Counted from the first letter of the whole stretch, positions 38,497-51,474 are shown. The stretch: 63,989 bases of DNA, filler included, from Kipferlia bialata (GCA_003568945.1; 5 parts of 5 records of this genome joined end to end with filler, not necessarily neighbours in it), one strand, 5' to 3'. Numbers and translations are program-made. Notes: a model not told the origin generated them from the letters alone.

Positions 38497-41474
38497 ACCT
38501 GGGAGTATGACACCCAGTGCAACACGTGGCACCGACTGGGTGATCTGCCTGCATACCCAGACGGAGAATCACTTGACGTGGATAGTGACTCCCCATGTGT
38601 CTGGTATGCAGGATGTCTCCATGTGTTTGGATACCACTTCCACGTCTCTCTGGCACCGGACGGCCACTGGGTTACACACACACCTCCCCCAACATCTGGG
38701 ATCTATATGGCATTTCTGGTGGGAGATTGGGTGTATACACTGACCTACACTGACTTGTCAGCCGGGTATATCATTACTAGGCTTGATATGCGCCATGGTG
38801 TTACTAGTGAGGTACCTAGCGTAGCTAGCTTTGGCCACCCATCTGGTGACTTTCTGATAGGCTGTCAGACAGCTCCAACCTCCGCTCTTATCCTCCAGAG
38901 GCAGGCACACCGAAGCTACGACGACTGGGATATTCGTTGCTCTACAACCACTAGTCTAGGTGTAGTGTCAACCCTGGAGTCACTAGAGAACACCGCCCGC
39001 AACTGTCACATTCCAATTACAAGTGTAGTCTCCAATATCGCAGACCAGCTGCTTGCCACTCCCATTGACAGCGTGGCATTATGCGTGTTGCCAGCTGGTG
39101 TGGCAAGATTGGGAATCCAGGGTGGTCTCTCCGATATGCTACTGGCTAAGCTGGATTGTGACGATGATAACCCTGTTCTTGCCATTGTGTGGTCAGTGTT
39201 GGACACCCTTTGTGTAGCTCGTGACAGCGATGACTCCAACGGGGTCCTGGTTGCAACTACGAGGAACTGCGGTGTCCTGCAAGGCTTCATTCATCTCGTC
39301 ACCGACTGCCCACTGATTCACACACTAGTAGGTGGGGTTGTGCTATCAACCATAGACTCCATTATCAGCCGGCTACACATATGTCGTCACTACACTGTGC
39401 AGCTACTACAACTCTACACCGGTCTACCTGAGACACGTGGGTACCTCCAACACCGACTCAAGCGCCACATTCTGAGGAATGCTCAGACCTTGGACGCCCT
39501 GAAGAATCGGTATCCAGTCTCACTCTTCTTGCTGGAGAGAGAGTTTGCAGGACTCCCACCAGTCACACACATACAGAGTGCCCTGGACCAGTATAGGGAG
39601 GCAGTCCCGTGGGTCCACTTCATATCCATGGCAGTGGCTGAGAGCCTGGAACATAGACCAGACACATATCCCATCCCATCTCGTATGTACATGTTGGATG
39701 GTGCGAACCCCCTTACCGTCCTGCAGCGATACGGGTCGCCTCCTGTGGTCTGTGGGGAGAGTCAGACTTCATCTGCACAGGTCTCTCATCCCCAGTGCAC
39801 AGGTCTCAATCTGCTCGCCGCAGTATGTACAATATCCACAGGGTATACCAACTTGGACGAAGAATCCATGTTTATACTGAAGTCCATGGTATCACTCTGT
39901 CCTGGTCTAACCTCTTGTCACAATTGGAGTGACACTCTGGACCTGCAAGATACTCGCCTGACACCACGGAATGTGAGACATGTACTCTCTCTGCTTCACA
40001 TGGTAGGGTCGGTGGGTGGTGTTGCATTCCACAGCAGTGTGTCGGCAGGTATCCAAGCTGTGGTCTCGCAAGCTGCAATGGCGCCCAAACACTCACCTAT
40101 CACCAAATTGGTTAGTCAGTCACGAGTGCTCTATCGTGCGTCAGTGCAGGGTCCTCGTCTGCATTCTAGGATGCACTGCACACTAGTCAGCAACCTGCCC
40201 CAAGGTCCAGATGGATGGTTATCACTCTCTATCCAGACATCCCCAACATCATCCTTCCATTGCATAAAGGGAGAGTGGTGGACTTGCAACATAGCGCAGG
40301 GGTCTCTTGACAACTGCATCGAGTGGGTTCAAGTGCCACCGTGTACCTTCAATTGTCATGAGAACCTCACTCTTGAGGAGATCAGAAATATCACATACGG
40401 GCTGAGCAGCGCAGTATCCTATGGGATCATCTACATACAGCACGAAAGGTCCATATACACCTTTGACTTAGCCACGTCGGCTTGGGGCACCACATTGACT
40501 GTCCCAGAGGTCTTGGGGCAACCATTGAGTCAGACGCTTTGTGCACTGCCAGCGTACCTGGTTTCTTGCGTTTCCCAGAGAGACTTGACAAGTTGTTGGG
40601 CTTTTGATACGGTTAACAAGGTAGGGTTTATCATGAGCTCTGTAATCTCATGATTTGATTGACATCATGTCGAGTAATGTAGCCTGTACCCTACTAATTC
40701 CCTCTATAGTTTCTTTAGAGTATATTAGAGAACACTGTGTTGTGTATTCTTCTGCTACCAAGGGAGGCAGTGTGACTCTGACCCCAGGAGTGGATGCAGT
40801 GGGGGTCGCCACCCTGGAACCACCACCACAAGGTACTCAACACTACTCTCACAGGGGAGACGCTGCACGTCTTGTACGAAGGAGAGGGCTGTTTCTGCCA
40901 CGCCACTCTATCTTCCACTGGAGAGTGGTGCGAGGATCCCATTCTTCACGGGTATCCTGCAACACCTCTTGGACCTGATACACACGCCCTGGTTCCCACC
41001 CCAAGGGGGGCTAGAGGCACTCCACTTGTGGTAGAAGGTGCTGTTGTGATAGCTCCAGAGCGTATGCCATTTGATGCTAGAAACGCGCCTGTACAAGACG
41101 TGACCCTCCCCTACTCCTGTTTCGACTCTGTTTCAGGGGAGTTCTCCGATAACGTTCAGGTAAAGTCGCAAAGACAAAGTACATGGTACCATATCAGATT
41201 TTTGACCCTCTGAACGCTTGAACTTCATCTAATCTCTCCAAATCACACTCAATGGAAGATTCAGTCATCTTGAAGAGTCACTCTTCGGAATATGCTGATT
41301 CTCATACCTTTATGATCCATTGACCATATCTCCTCGATGACAATGTCAACTTGACATCAGGATGTGAGAGGCGGGAAGCTGGTTCTGCTTGGTGCCTACC
41401 AAGACGGGTGGGTGTTTACATTCACCAGTAGCCATGAGGGGAAAAGGGCAATCTACTATTGCTCAAGAGAGTGA
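38497..41474 (+). CDS. Kelch/beta-propeller-like hypothetical protein, 5' partial, intron-poor
   Basis: Frame open from the contig edge (TWEYDTQCNTWHRLGDLP), IYTFDLATSAW, CWAFDTVNK|EWMQW; about 2.1 kb first exon, two introns, stop TGA at 41472-41474. Confidence 0.6.
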
Positions 41475-41874
41475 ACAGAAGGCTTTGAGCTGAGCTTATG
41501 TGTTAAAATATGGTCAGGTCATTTGCATAATAGGGTATAATAACACAGCCACGACGCTCCTGTGACGGCTATCTAACATGAACAGTGTTCATTGAACACT
41601 GGAATCGCACAGACTCAATTGTTTAGTAATAGAGTGTTAGAACAGCTGTTAGGACTAAATGTAAGGGTAAGGGTAAGGGCGTATCAGCAGTCTGATCCTA
41701 GTCCCTTCTTGCTGTTAATGACTGTGTGTAGTGTGTGCTGGGCACTGGCGTCCAGCTGAAGTAGGCTGTGGGACTGAATGAGAGCCAAATGACTATAATC
41801 GCTTTGAGAAAACAAAATTCAGCTCGTAGTGTGTTATTGATTGGCTATTCACGCTGTCACACAAGGTACAGCTA

Positions 41875-42029
41875 GTGATACATGTATATTGGAATGTACA
41901 ACCGCATTAGGAAGCTGGCACAAGAACTATCATTGGCACGTCAATGCTCAGAGGTCTTAGCCTCTCTCTCTCTCCCTCCCCCCTGTCTCTCTCCCTCCTA
42001 GCACTCAGAAGAACTCGTCGTCTGCGGCA
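41875..42029. repeat. Orphan duplicate of the stop/3'UTR region of the 43960-46696 gene
   Basis: ctcagaagaactcgtcgtctgcggca at 42004-42029 and 43959-43984; gtgatacatgtatattgg at 41875-41892 and 43923-43940. Confidence 0.85.
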
Positions 42030-42262
42030 CGAAATCGGGTTTCACCCACACTTCCTTGTTCTTGTCGTTCAGAATACCGGAGTTCACGGTGAGCCTTGCC
42101 ACCGTGGCCTAACCGAGGCCCTTGGTTGTGTCGGGATGGATGTCTCTCCAGTAATGTGTCGGCTGTTCAGATGTCCGTTGTATCCAATTCTGCATTCTCA
42201 AAAATACACCTTATTCTTTGTGAATTGCTGTCACTTTCAAAGTGTCAGCAGTCACGTTGCCA

Positions 42263-43640
42263 ATGACTGATGCTCTTAGACCAAAATGTTTTCCATCCAC
42301 ACCAATTGAGAGGGCGGTGTATTGCCTTCGATTCTCCTTCTTAGGGGATGCCCTCTCTATGCCTGTCCATTGGTACTACAATGTGACAGACATAGACAGG
42401 CCATTTGAGGTGGGATTACTTGAACAGTTCACTGCAGTACACATTTATCAATTCAACACATATTTGCCACCTCATTCTCTGATTAGTCTTATGGTCCAGG
42501 GCGGTGTGACTCAGTTGGAGTCCCCCCCCACCTTCCACCCCTCCTCCATCATGTGTCTGCACTCCACCTCACACGGGGGCAGGGAGGGGACAGCAGGTGG
42601 TACCACGGAGATAGTGGGTGATGTGATACTCAAGGGCAAGAGACAGTACTGGGGTGTACCCAACATGCACTACCACCAAGGAATGCAGGTGGGGGGTGTA
42701 TGTATACAGTGCTGCATCATTCACTGTCGAGTTATCTCTGTTAGACTGACACATAGGCAGGGGAGAACACGCTCAACCTGCAATGTGCCAGGCTGGTACT
42801 CAGGGAGATGGCACAGGTACAAACATCAGTAATACCGTTAGAGGTTCATATGGCTCAGAGTACATTTATACGTCCTTTAGTGCTCTCGGTGTGTACCTTA
42901 TACCAGGGTCCATACAACCCAGACACCTTCCTCTCAGACTACGTTGCCTACATGACTGCCGACCCACCTGCATACAACGACACCTATGCAGAGTCATACC
43001 ACAGAGGGTTCTTCGACAACATGCAGGGCGGGAAGTGGGTCACAAGTATTCCTAGTATTACCAATTGTTAACCAACCGTGTGGTTTACACACTGTCTCTC
43101 AGTGTGTGTTGGGTACTTCAACACTATTGCCTTGTATGCGTGTCTCTGTGTCAGTATCTGTATGTCTGACTCCAGGGACCTCCACGAGTGTGGTGCCTCC
43201 ACACACGACACTGCATCCATAGGGGGTGAGTACCATGCTCAGTATGGACTAAGCCAAGACAGAGACATTGTGGGTGGCGTATACAGCCCTGCCTGCTACA
43301 TATCTGACTCCTGGCCATCCACCTTGTACCTTGCATACAAGTACCTACACTGCAGACTGCAGTGGTATAGGATCGGTTCGGAAGGCCCTCCTGGCGAATG
43401 CCAATCTAGGTAGGGTAGCAGTGTATTCAGGGATAACATAGCAAAGAGGTCAGAGCAGCCACACTCCATTTAACGGCAGGTATACTATATATATATATGT
43501 GTGTGTGTATGTGTGTAGTACATACCTGTGTCCTTACCACAGGGGGCGACAACTGCCACAGAGGCGCAGTCCTCGGTGTGATACTGGGTCTATGTGCTGC
43601 AGATAGAGAGGCGGATGCTCTGAGCATGAATCCATTCTGA
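42263..43640 (+). pseudogene. ADP-ribosylglycohydrolase (DraG/ARH/crystallin J1 family), apparently disrupted
   Basis: LGDALSMPVHWYY, HYHQGMQAGENTLN, NDTYAESYHRGFF, HDTASIGG, YSPACYI, ALLANANLGGDNCHRGAVLG; 7-bp tandem duplication at 43349-43362 shifts the frame; the central segment appears to be missing. Confidence 0.75.
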
Positions 43641-43959
43641 GGGAGACACTTGCAGCCCTTGTTAGGCACAAATGAGTAGTCTATTCAGTGTAGAGTCTAC
43701 ACTGTAGACGGAAGCCAAAGTAGGCAGTCCAAAGGTACTTGTACACTTCAACCACTTCAACTGGCATTGTGGGTTCTAGCGCGGTGGAGCAAGGACTTGG
43801 CTGAAATCGTTAGTAGAGAGGGTCTTCTCTGGCCACGTAATCAAAAGCATTGGAATCCCATTCAGATTGAAATACTATACAAGGGAGTGATTTGTATTCC
43901 ACTCCACTGCCCAATAGTGCTGGTGATACATGTATATTGGTATTCTCTTTCTCTGTTCC

Positions 43960-46696
43960 TCAGAAGAACTCGTCGTCTGCGGCATTTGCGTTGTACGTGT
44001 AGACGGGCGCCTGGTTGGCATAGGGGTCGGTGGGGGCAGGGGCATCCATGCCACCCTCATCAGCTGCTGGTACCTCAGGCACTGGGGGTGCAGTGTTGAC
44101 AACGGAGGCGACACCGGTGTAGGGGTTGTAGGCACCTGGCGGTTAAGTAGCGTCCCAAAACGATGCAAACAGCAGCCATAACATATATAACGTATATGTT
44201 GGAAGACAAGCGGGGCTGATTCTATAGAGTATGTGGGCACCTGCTGGCTGCCGTGTCTAAACATATATAATATATAATAATAATAATAATAATACAATAA
44301 TAATAATAATATGAGTACCTGGTGGCTGCACCATGCCCTGTGTCTTCTGTGCCTCACTGGCCATGGGCACTGCACCGAATGATGCATCGGCCCCATCAGG
44401 GGAGGGGGGGACAGCGTTGCCAGCTGGAGGGGGCGAGAGCTCCATCTCGTCATTGTCGTTGTAGTTGTCGAAACCAATCTCTGCCCTGGGGGGTAAGAGG
44501 GGGGAGGGGGGAGAGAGAGAGAGGAGAGAGAGTAACTAACACCCCACCTAGGCCCCCCCATCTGGTGGTCCTGGTCGCCGTGTCTAGCTGCGTATCTGTG
44601 GATGGCACCGCCTATGCCAGAGAATATGTCCTTGCCCGCCACTAAGAGGAATATCAGCACTGCCAGTGCGGGCCAGAAGAGAAGGGCAAACCAGCCCCAG
44701 AAGCGCCACTTGCTCTCCCAGTCGCAGGCAAACTCAACCTGATCCTGGGGTGAGGCCATGAGTAAATATATGTGAATATACACTGATAAATACATTCCAT
44801 ATCAATAATCATATACATATGACCACTCGCAGGCAGAGTCGACCTGGTCCTGGGGTTAGACAGATAGAGTGATTATACATATAGAGAGATAGAGAGCTGG
44901 ATAAACAGGGTTCGAAGACACAAACTACCACTCGGATTAGGCACTATATAGAGGAATATATATATAGAGAGAGGTCGATACACATTCATAAGCGAAAAGA
45001 GAGAGAGAGAGGGGGGGGATAGAAGAAGAGACCACATGCATCTAGTGGTGAAGAGGGAAGAGAACCGAGAGAGAGAATGATGGAATAACTAGCAGTGTAT
45101 ACACTATATGCATTGACACACTCACTGAATGAAGAATAGAATAACAAGCCCTACCTCTGTGAATGCACATGCCTCCTCGTCTGCCGCAGCCTCTGCACAG
45201 GTGGACTGGTCCCATACCTAGGGGGAGAGAGAGGGAGAGAGAGGGAGAGAGAGAGAGAGACATATACTAACAGAGAGAAAGCGAGAGAGAGAGACAGACA
45301 GTATTTGCACAGGTGGACTGGTCCCACACCTAGGGGAAGGAGAAGGAGAGAGAGGAAGAGAGATGCACACACACAAACATATCATGAGTATTTGCATACT
45401 CAGTATAGCCACAAAGTACTGATGCAGGGGGGGGGGGGTCAAACACATATGAAGGTATATATGTAGCACCCACCTTGCAGTAGACCGATGTGCCAACTAG
45501 ATATATATATTGGTCACAGAAGTCATACACATATGTGAATATATATGTGTGTATGTATATGTATACATCACACACCTTGCAGTAGACGGATGTGCCCACT
45601 GGATATTGGTCACAGAAGTCATACACCTCACCGGAATCAGAGTCATAGGTGCCTGGAGATCAGTGGAGGTGAATAAATGAAACATGATGCCAGTATAGGA
45701 CAGTACCAGTGCATACCTAGCGGGTGGTCCCTCATGTAGTAGAGGGTGGATGTGTCCCCACTGGGGTTGAGCACAATGTCACAGGAGTAGGTGGTGCTGT
45801 CATCCCCCTCATATATGTCAACCTCATTCGACTGCACCTGCAGGGTCATCCTGGGGTTAGGTGACATGGGGATTCAAATAGACACATGAATGCATATGTA
45901 TCAGCGAATACTCTGCGAGACAGCACTGGACTGCACATAGGGCCATACAAGGGCTATATGATCACATACACGGCACATATATGTCATATATGGAGTGAAG
46001 CAGACATATACACGCGTATGGGAGAGAGAGCACTGATCTATAGATCCACTCCGGCGCCATACATAGGGGGATCGATAACATAGAGCAATAGGGGGGGGGA
46101 AGATAGATGCAGAGGATGGGAGGGGGGTCTAAGCGGAGCCTAAGAGAGGGAGTGAGAAAGGTAGTAGTAAAGCCACACACATTCAAATACTTCCAAAGAG
46201 AGTACAACAGATCAAAAAAATCAAAGTAAATATATATAGGTAGGCCATATGACATGACACATATGCACTCACCCCAACGGCAGCACATCATCACACACCC
46301 CACTGTACTTGTTGGCCCTGATCACCATAAGTACACCGCCAATAATGGTGCCTAGCACCACGGCTGGGGGTCAGGGGAGAGACAGAGAGACAGAGAGATA
46401 GAGAGAGAGAGACTTGTTAATATATAGATGTCAAAGTGGCACCGATTATCGTATGATTCACACTCATGGTCAGCGGCATCACTGCATCATATCCTATTCA
46501 GATGCCACTACATCAAGGTGACAATAAAGGATGGACTCAAATCACAGAGAAGTGAATTGCTGGATCATTCAGTATTGAAATCCGAAATGGTACAGATCCA
46601 GGTCCAATGTAGAGTCCCACTTGCAGGAATCACATCTCTAGCATATCTGTATCTACCTATGCCGAACGACAGGGGATCCCCCGAGCTCTTGGCCAT
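43960..46696 (-). CDS. Two-TM membrane protein with Cys-containing loop and Pro-rich tail
   Basis: MAKSSGDPLSFGIAVVLGTIIGGVLMVIRA..YSCDIV..FCDQYPVGTSVYCKVW..FWGWFALLFWPALAVLIFLLV..NAADDEFF*. Confidence 0.7.
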
Positions 46697-46835
46697 CTTG
46701 GGTGTGGTAGAGAGACTCTAGATGGTGACCCTATTCATTCTCAGACCTATGAGCGTCTCGGTGGTTGGATGCAAAAACAATTAGGGGGTTAGGCAAGGTG
46801 CATCTCTGTTTACGAGTCCTCTTGCCTAGTGCTAG
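46697..46835. promoter_or_regulatory. Probable bidirectional promoter
   Basis: 139 bp between divergent putative start codons at 46696(-) and 46836(+). Confidence 0.5.
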
Positions 46836-49800
46836 ATGGCCCGGAAGTCCCGCTCCAAGGCGTCTAAGAAGAAGAAGAAGGGGGTAGTACAGCCGGGTAA
46901 CCGCGATGTGTTTGCCTGGATGAACCTAGAGGAGCTCCGCTATGACAACCGGGAGTATCAGAAGCAGGTGGGGCAGTATCAAAAACAAAACACAAGGGTG
47001 CGGTGTTTCCCCCCGTCTCCCTGGAGACTGACTATCCACTTGTATATGTATATATATGTATATGTATATATTATAGTATGATACCCACCCGGCATGGATA
47101 GTGCATTTGGCAAGTGGTGAGTGCACTCTATGCACCTGTATACTCATTGTAATTATAGCAGTATCTTCTCCTTTGTCTCTACTCCCCCCCCCCCCTTACT
47201 CTCAGGATGCTTGACATCGCACACGAGGACTGTCGGTACCTGCCTGACAAGATAGAGACCTACGAGAAGGAGGACCCCCACAACCCAGACCCAGGTATAT
47301 ACATAAGCTTATATATACATACATACATATATACATATATATCTTATATATACAGATATACATAGTTACAAGCCTTATAAATTGTGTAATGAGTAGACTC
47401 TCTCTCCCATCTCTCCAGAATCCCCATATTTTCGTGTTTGAGTGACCCATACAACCCAGACCCAGGTAGACTATTCATAATAGTGGACATACAATCATAG
47501 AGATATATACGTCTCACGTATATATGAGTGAGGGTCTGTGTGTGTGATGTTAGTCTATTATGTAACAAAGGAGCTTTCTCCCCACCCCCACAAGTTCATT
47601 CCTTCTAGCATTGACTGGTCACAGATATGTGACATGCAATCACTCCTTCTTAACTCAGGGCTGCTGAGGCTCCGCACCCGGGGTGCCTTTCTGTTCAACT
47701 GGTGGGTGGGCGCCAAGCCTGGGGACGTGTGCACCAAGTCCGTACCCACCATCAAGTACAACGCACCACACCGCTACCACTGGAGGTACTACCACACACC
47801 AAATATACATCCCACACCAGGTCTACTATATCAAGTACATACACTACCCACTCATCACCCTGCCTCCCCTCTCACCCCAGCAACCAGGTGTATCAGACCA
47901 TCCCCATGTACCTGGGTACCACCCACGTGGCTGTGGGGTTTGTGGACCTGGGGACTCTCCTCTGTGCAGACATAAGGGGAGTGGAGGGCGAGGGGGAGGG
48001 TGCTGGCCCTCTCTCCTATGTTGGGTATGAGATGGTGGCCCATAACGTCGCCAAGTCCCTGATCCTGTGGCACATGATGCAGGGAGAGGGTGACATCAGG
48101 GATGTAGGGGACATGGTGCTGCAGGTATATATACTGTATATATATATATACATTCTATACTGGTACTGACACTGATACTGGACATGGTGGCTGCAGGTGG
48201 GGATATATACATATAGCTCTATACCCACTGTAAACGATACACCATTCTCGTTCTCTCATAGCATTCTTCCATATGCTGGGTACCCCGACTTGGAAGCTTC
48301 TCGTTCTCTCTCTCTTCTCATGTTCTATTATTGTATCTTGCTGTGTGTTACTTGTGCCTCTCTAATTATAGGTCTGGTTCTCCTCCAGCTGGGAGCCCCG
48401 CACCGAGGCTGCCTTCCGTGCTGCTGCCGTGGCTGCCCTCTCCGCCCTGTCCCCAGGTACACACACACACACACATGTATATATATATATACGTATGTCT
48501 ATAGATCTCTCTCTCTCTATGTATTTACATTCATCCACCCCTGTCCCTGATACCAGACACTAAGGGCTGGCTTGATATTGTTGCTGTGCTCAGACACTGG
48601 ATAGAGCCTGCCAATGCCGCTCCTCCTCTGGCTAGGTACAAGCCTATAGTAATATACTACAATATATACAGTACTATATACACATACTAACCCCCCAGGT
48701 GCAGAGAGCTGTGGCAGGCCCAGCACGAGCTGTGCCTCTGTCACTGCCTCAAGAGACCATGTGACAGAAGGGCAGTGGCGGCATATGAGCTGGCTGGTGA
48801 CTTTGCAGTGCCCCCCACCCCTGCTGGGACTGAGTGTGACCTGGTTGGTAGCATGGTCCTATACTGCTCGCCAGATGGCACACCACCCGGTGTCAAGGTT
48901 AGTATATATCAATATACATATACACTAAGTACTGTGTGCTAGTGGATAACACATATGTATACTCACATCAGGACGAGAAGGTGTTCTCCTGTGCCCCCTT
49001 TGATGAGGTGTGCCGTGAGTGCAGGCAGGCTGAGGAGGCAGAGGGTGCAGAGGTGTCTGTAGTAACAGGGGTGGAGAGGTGGCTGAGGGGCAAGGTCCAC
49101 AACCTGATCCCGAGGGCCAGGGACGGCAGTGTGACTGTCTCCCTGCACCTTGGTGACATCACGGACAAGGCAGTGGTTAAGAGTGTGGCTGCCATGGCAC
49201 CACGCACCATGTCCTGGTCCAATGTGCTAGACTACATACCTGCCAAGGCCTTCCACACCCTGGCTAAGCAGTGTGGAGGGAAGACGTGCACACACAACGG
49301 GTATAGCATGAACTGGGGCATATATATATATATATACCTATATATATATATATATATATATATATACGTGGCTGGGTGCAGCCTGCTAGACATCCACCAC
49401 ACCCCGATGCGCCTCAAGGTGCTGACCCTGTACAGACAGTTCCAGGTCAAGGTACGACAGGAGACTGGTATGCATAAGTATATAGTATATACATGATGTA
49501 GTCGATAACTGATACTGATACTGACCCTGTACAGACAGTTCCAGGTCAAGGTGTGTAGTGTGTGTGTAGCATAGCATATATAGCAATTATCCGTCAACTA
49601 TTATTATTTGTTGGCAGTTCCAGATCAAGGTGTGTAGTGTGTATATACTATATGTGTATATACATAGGCTAGTCTCTTACTACTCCAAGGTGGCACAGGA
49701 GACTGGTATCCATAATATGTGGTATTCATATACAAAATATATATATATACATGATGAATCTCTTACTCCCAGGTGGCCCAGGAGACTGGGGTGCTGCCCT

Positions 49801-50250
49801 ACCTGAGGCTCCCTATACCTGAGATGCCTGTCAACGGGGCATCATACTTCCTGCAGCACATGCTGTTCCACAGGGATGTAATACTAATGTAATGTGATAA
49901 GTATATACTATAGGTGTATCGATTAGCACATGCTGTTCCACAGGTATGTAAGATATTGTGATATATAATCATATACTATGTGTAAGTGTTACATATGTGC
50001 TATTAAACCAAGGTGGGTGGACTCCTACAGGAAGAGAGCCCCCAGGGGCACCTGGATCCACGCCCACAAGGGAGGTCTGTGCCCCTTAGCCCACTCTGGG
50101 TGCCATGGGCTGTACCTCACATGGGGCTATGGGGAGGAGCCTACAGACAGGGAGGAGGGGCAGCTGGAGACAATCTGCAAGGGTCTTAGGCCCCACATCT
50201 ATGCAGCGTGGCACCTGTCCCAGACTGGGGGTGGGTTCTGGGACCGATAG
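46836..50250 (+). CDS. Hypothetical protein, possibly SAM-dependent-fold (DUF4470/DUF3419-like motifs)
   Basis: GTTHVAVGFVDLGTLL, VGYEMVAHNVAKSLILW, VLQVWFSSSW, MSWSNVLDY, HNGYSMNW, LYLTWGY; basic N-terminus; 5' exons partly ambiguous. Confidence 0.6.
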
Positions 50251-50785
50251 AACACGCATTCTTCGTTAGTATTGGTAGTAGTACATTATCGTGGTGGGTA
50301 TATTGAGACTGAGGCTGGCCGAAGCCAGGGCTTTAGGCATTTGGTAAGCTGTCATGACACAGGATACTCTGCGGGTTCTTTAGCGCAACCGCGAAGAGCA
50401 TGGCCCTGCCTCGCCGCAAAATCTATGTGGCGGCTAAATTAGTGAAGCACAGTTCACGAGGACTGTTGCTCTAGTTTCTGAATAGGAATAGACAACGTTG
50501 CCAGCATTCGTGATGTATTGTGGTATTGCTATGATACATACGAGCATCCGCATAGTAGACAACCTCACAGGACAGTTTCATCCGGCCACTCAATATATAA
50601 TAACCGCTTGTATGATGTTGTGCATGTCCAAGATTCTTGGCTACATATGTCACTATTTACGCGTCTGGGAGCCACTCCGAATCTATGGGTCCAGAGTGAT
50701 GCAAAAATTACTCAGAGTGAGGGTGCAAGTCTTGACCACTGTTGATGCGTGCTCGAAGTCCTGCTCTACTTACAGGCCTTGCATC

Positions 50786-51037
50786 ATGGTGGATAGTGAG
50801 AAGGTCAATGTGGAGATGAGCCTGCGGGTGCTGTCCCAGGCACAGCTACAGGAGGAGAGGAGCGAGAGAAATGTGCGTGTGTTTGGACAATGTGTGGTAT
50901 CTATCTGTCTACACACTATATTTGATACGTCTCTCTCTCTCTCTCTCTCCCGCCTCCCCCCCTCACCCAGGTCCGTTCCTCCAAGCAGCGTGTGTATGTG
51001 AACCGGTCTGTGGACTTGAGCAGGATGGAGGCTGTAG
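50786..51037 (+). CDS. HAD-IG cytosolic 5'-nucleotidase (cN-II/NT5DC family), first two exons
   Basis: QRVYVNRSVDLSRMEAVG matches the RVFVNR..L....GFDMDYT lead-in of this family; contig ends in poly-C before the catalytic motif. Confidence 0.65.
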
Positions 51038-51161
51038 GTGGGGTGTATGCCTCACACGATTCGGTCACACACTATATTTGTCACTGCACCTAGCTCTCAT
51101 CATTCTTACTAGCCTTGTGTGGTTTCTTTCCATGAGTGTGGATGTTTGGTGTGATGGTCAG

Positions 51162-51211
<50 letters not shown>

Positions 51212-51311
51212 NNNNNNNNNNNNNNNNNNNNNNNNNNNNNNNNNNNNNNNNNNNNTTAATTAATTAANNNNNNNNNNNNNNNNNNNNNNNNNNNNNNNNN
51301 NNNNNNNNNNN
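51212..51311. other. Artificial contig-joining spacer
   Basis: N44-TTAATTAATTAA-N44. Confidence 0.98.
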
Positions 51312-51331
51312 GGGGGGGGGGGGGGGGGGGT

Positions 51332-51367
<36 letters not shown>

Positions 51368-51440
51368 TAAGAGAGATTGGGGCAAAACAATCAATGGCCA
51401 TGGGTCAAGACTGACTCGAGTATGAGTGTAACTAAGTGTA

Positions 51441-51474
<34 letters not shown>

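Noticed and set aside
41662..41679. (TAAGGG)3 telomere-like repeat
   Set aside because: Only three internal units; too short to support.
42005..42019. tcagaagaactcgtc matches the end of nptII (vector contamination?)
   Set aside because: Only 15 nt (DEFF*), explained by the native gene ending at 43960 and its duplicate.
46997..47116. Possible non-canonical intron near the 5' end of the 46836 gene
   Set aside because: Alternative canonical models exist; cannot be decided without RNA data.
12736..51311. Regularly spaced TTAATTAATTAA motifs about every 12.8 kb
   Set aside because: Artificial spacers between size-sorted contigs (12735, 12735, 12725, 12716 bp); no biological periodicity and no gene clustering across them.
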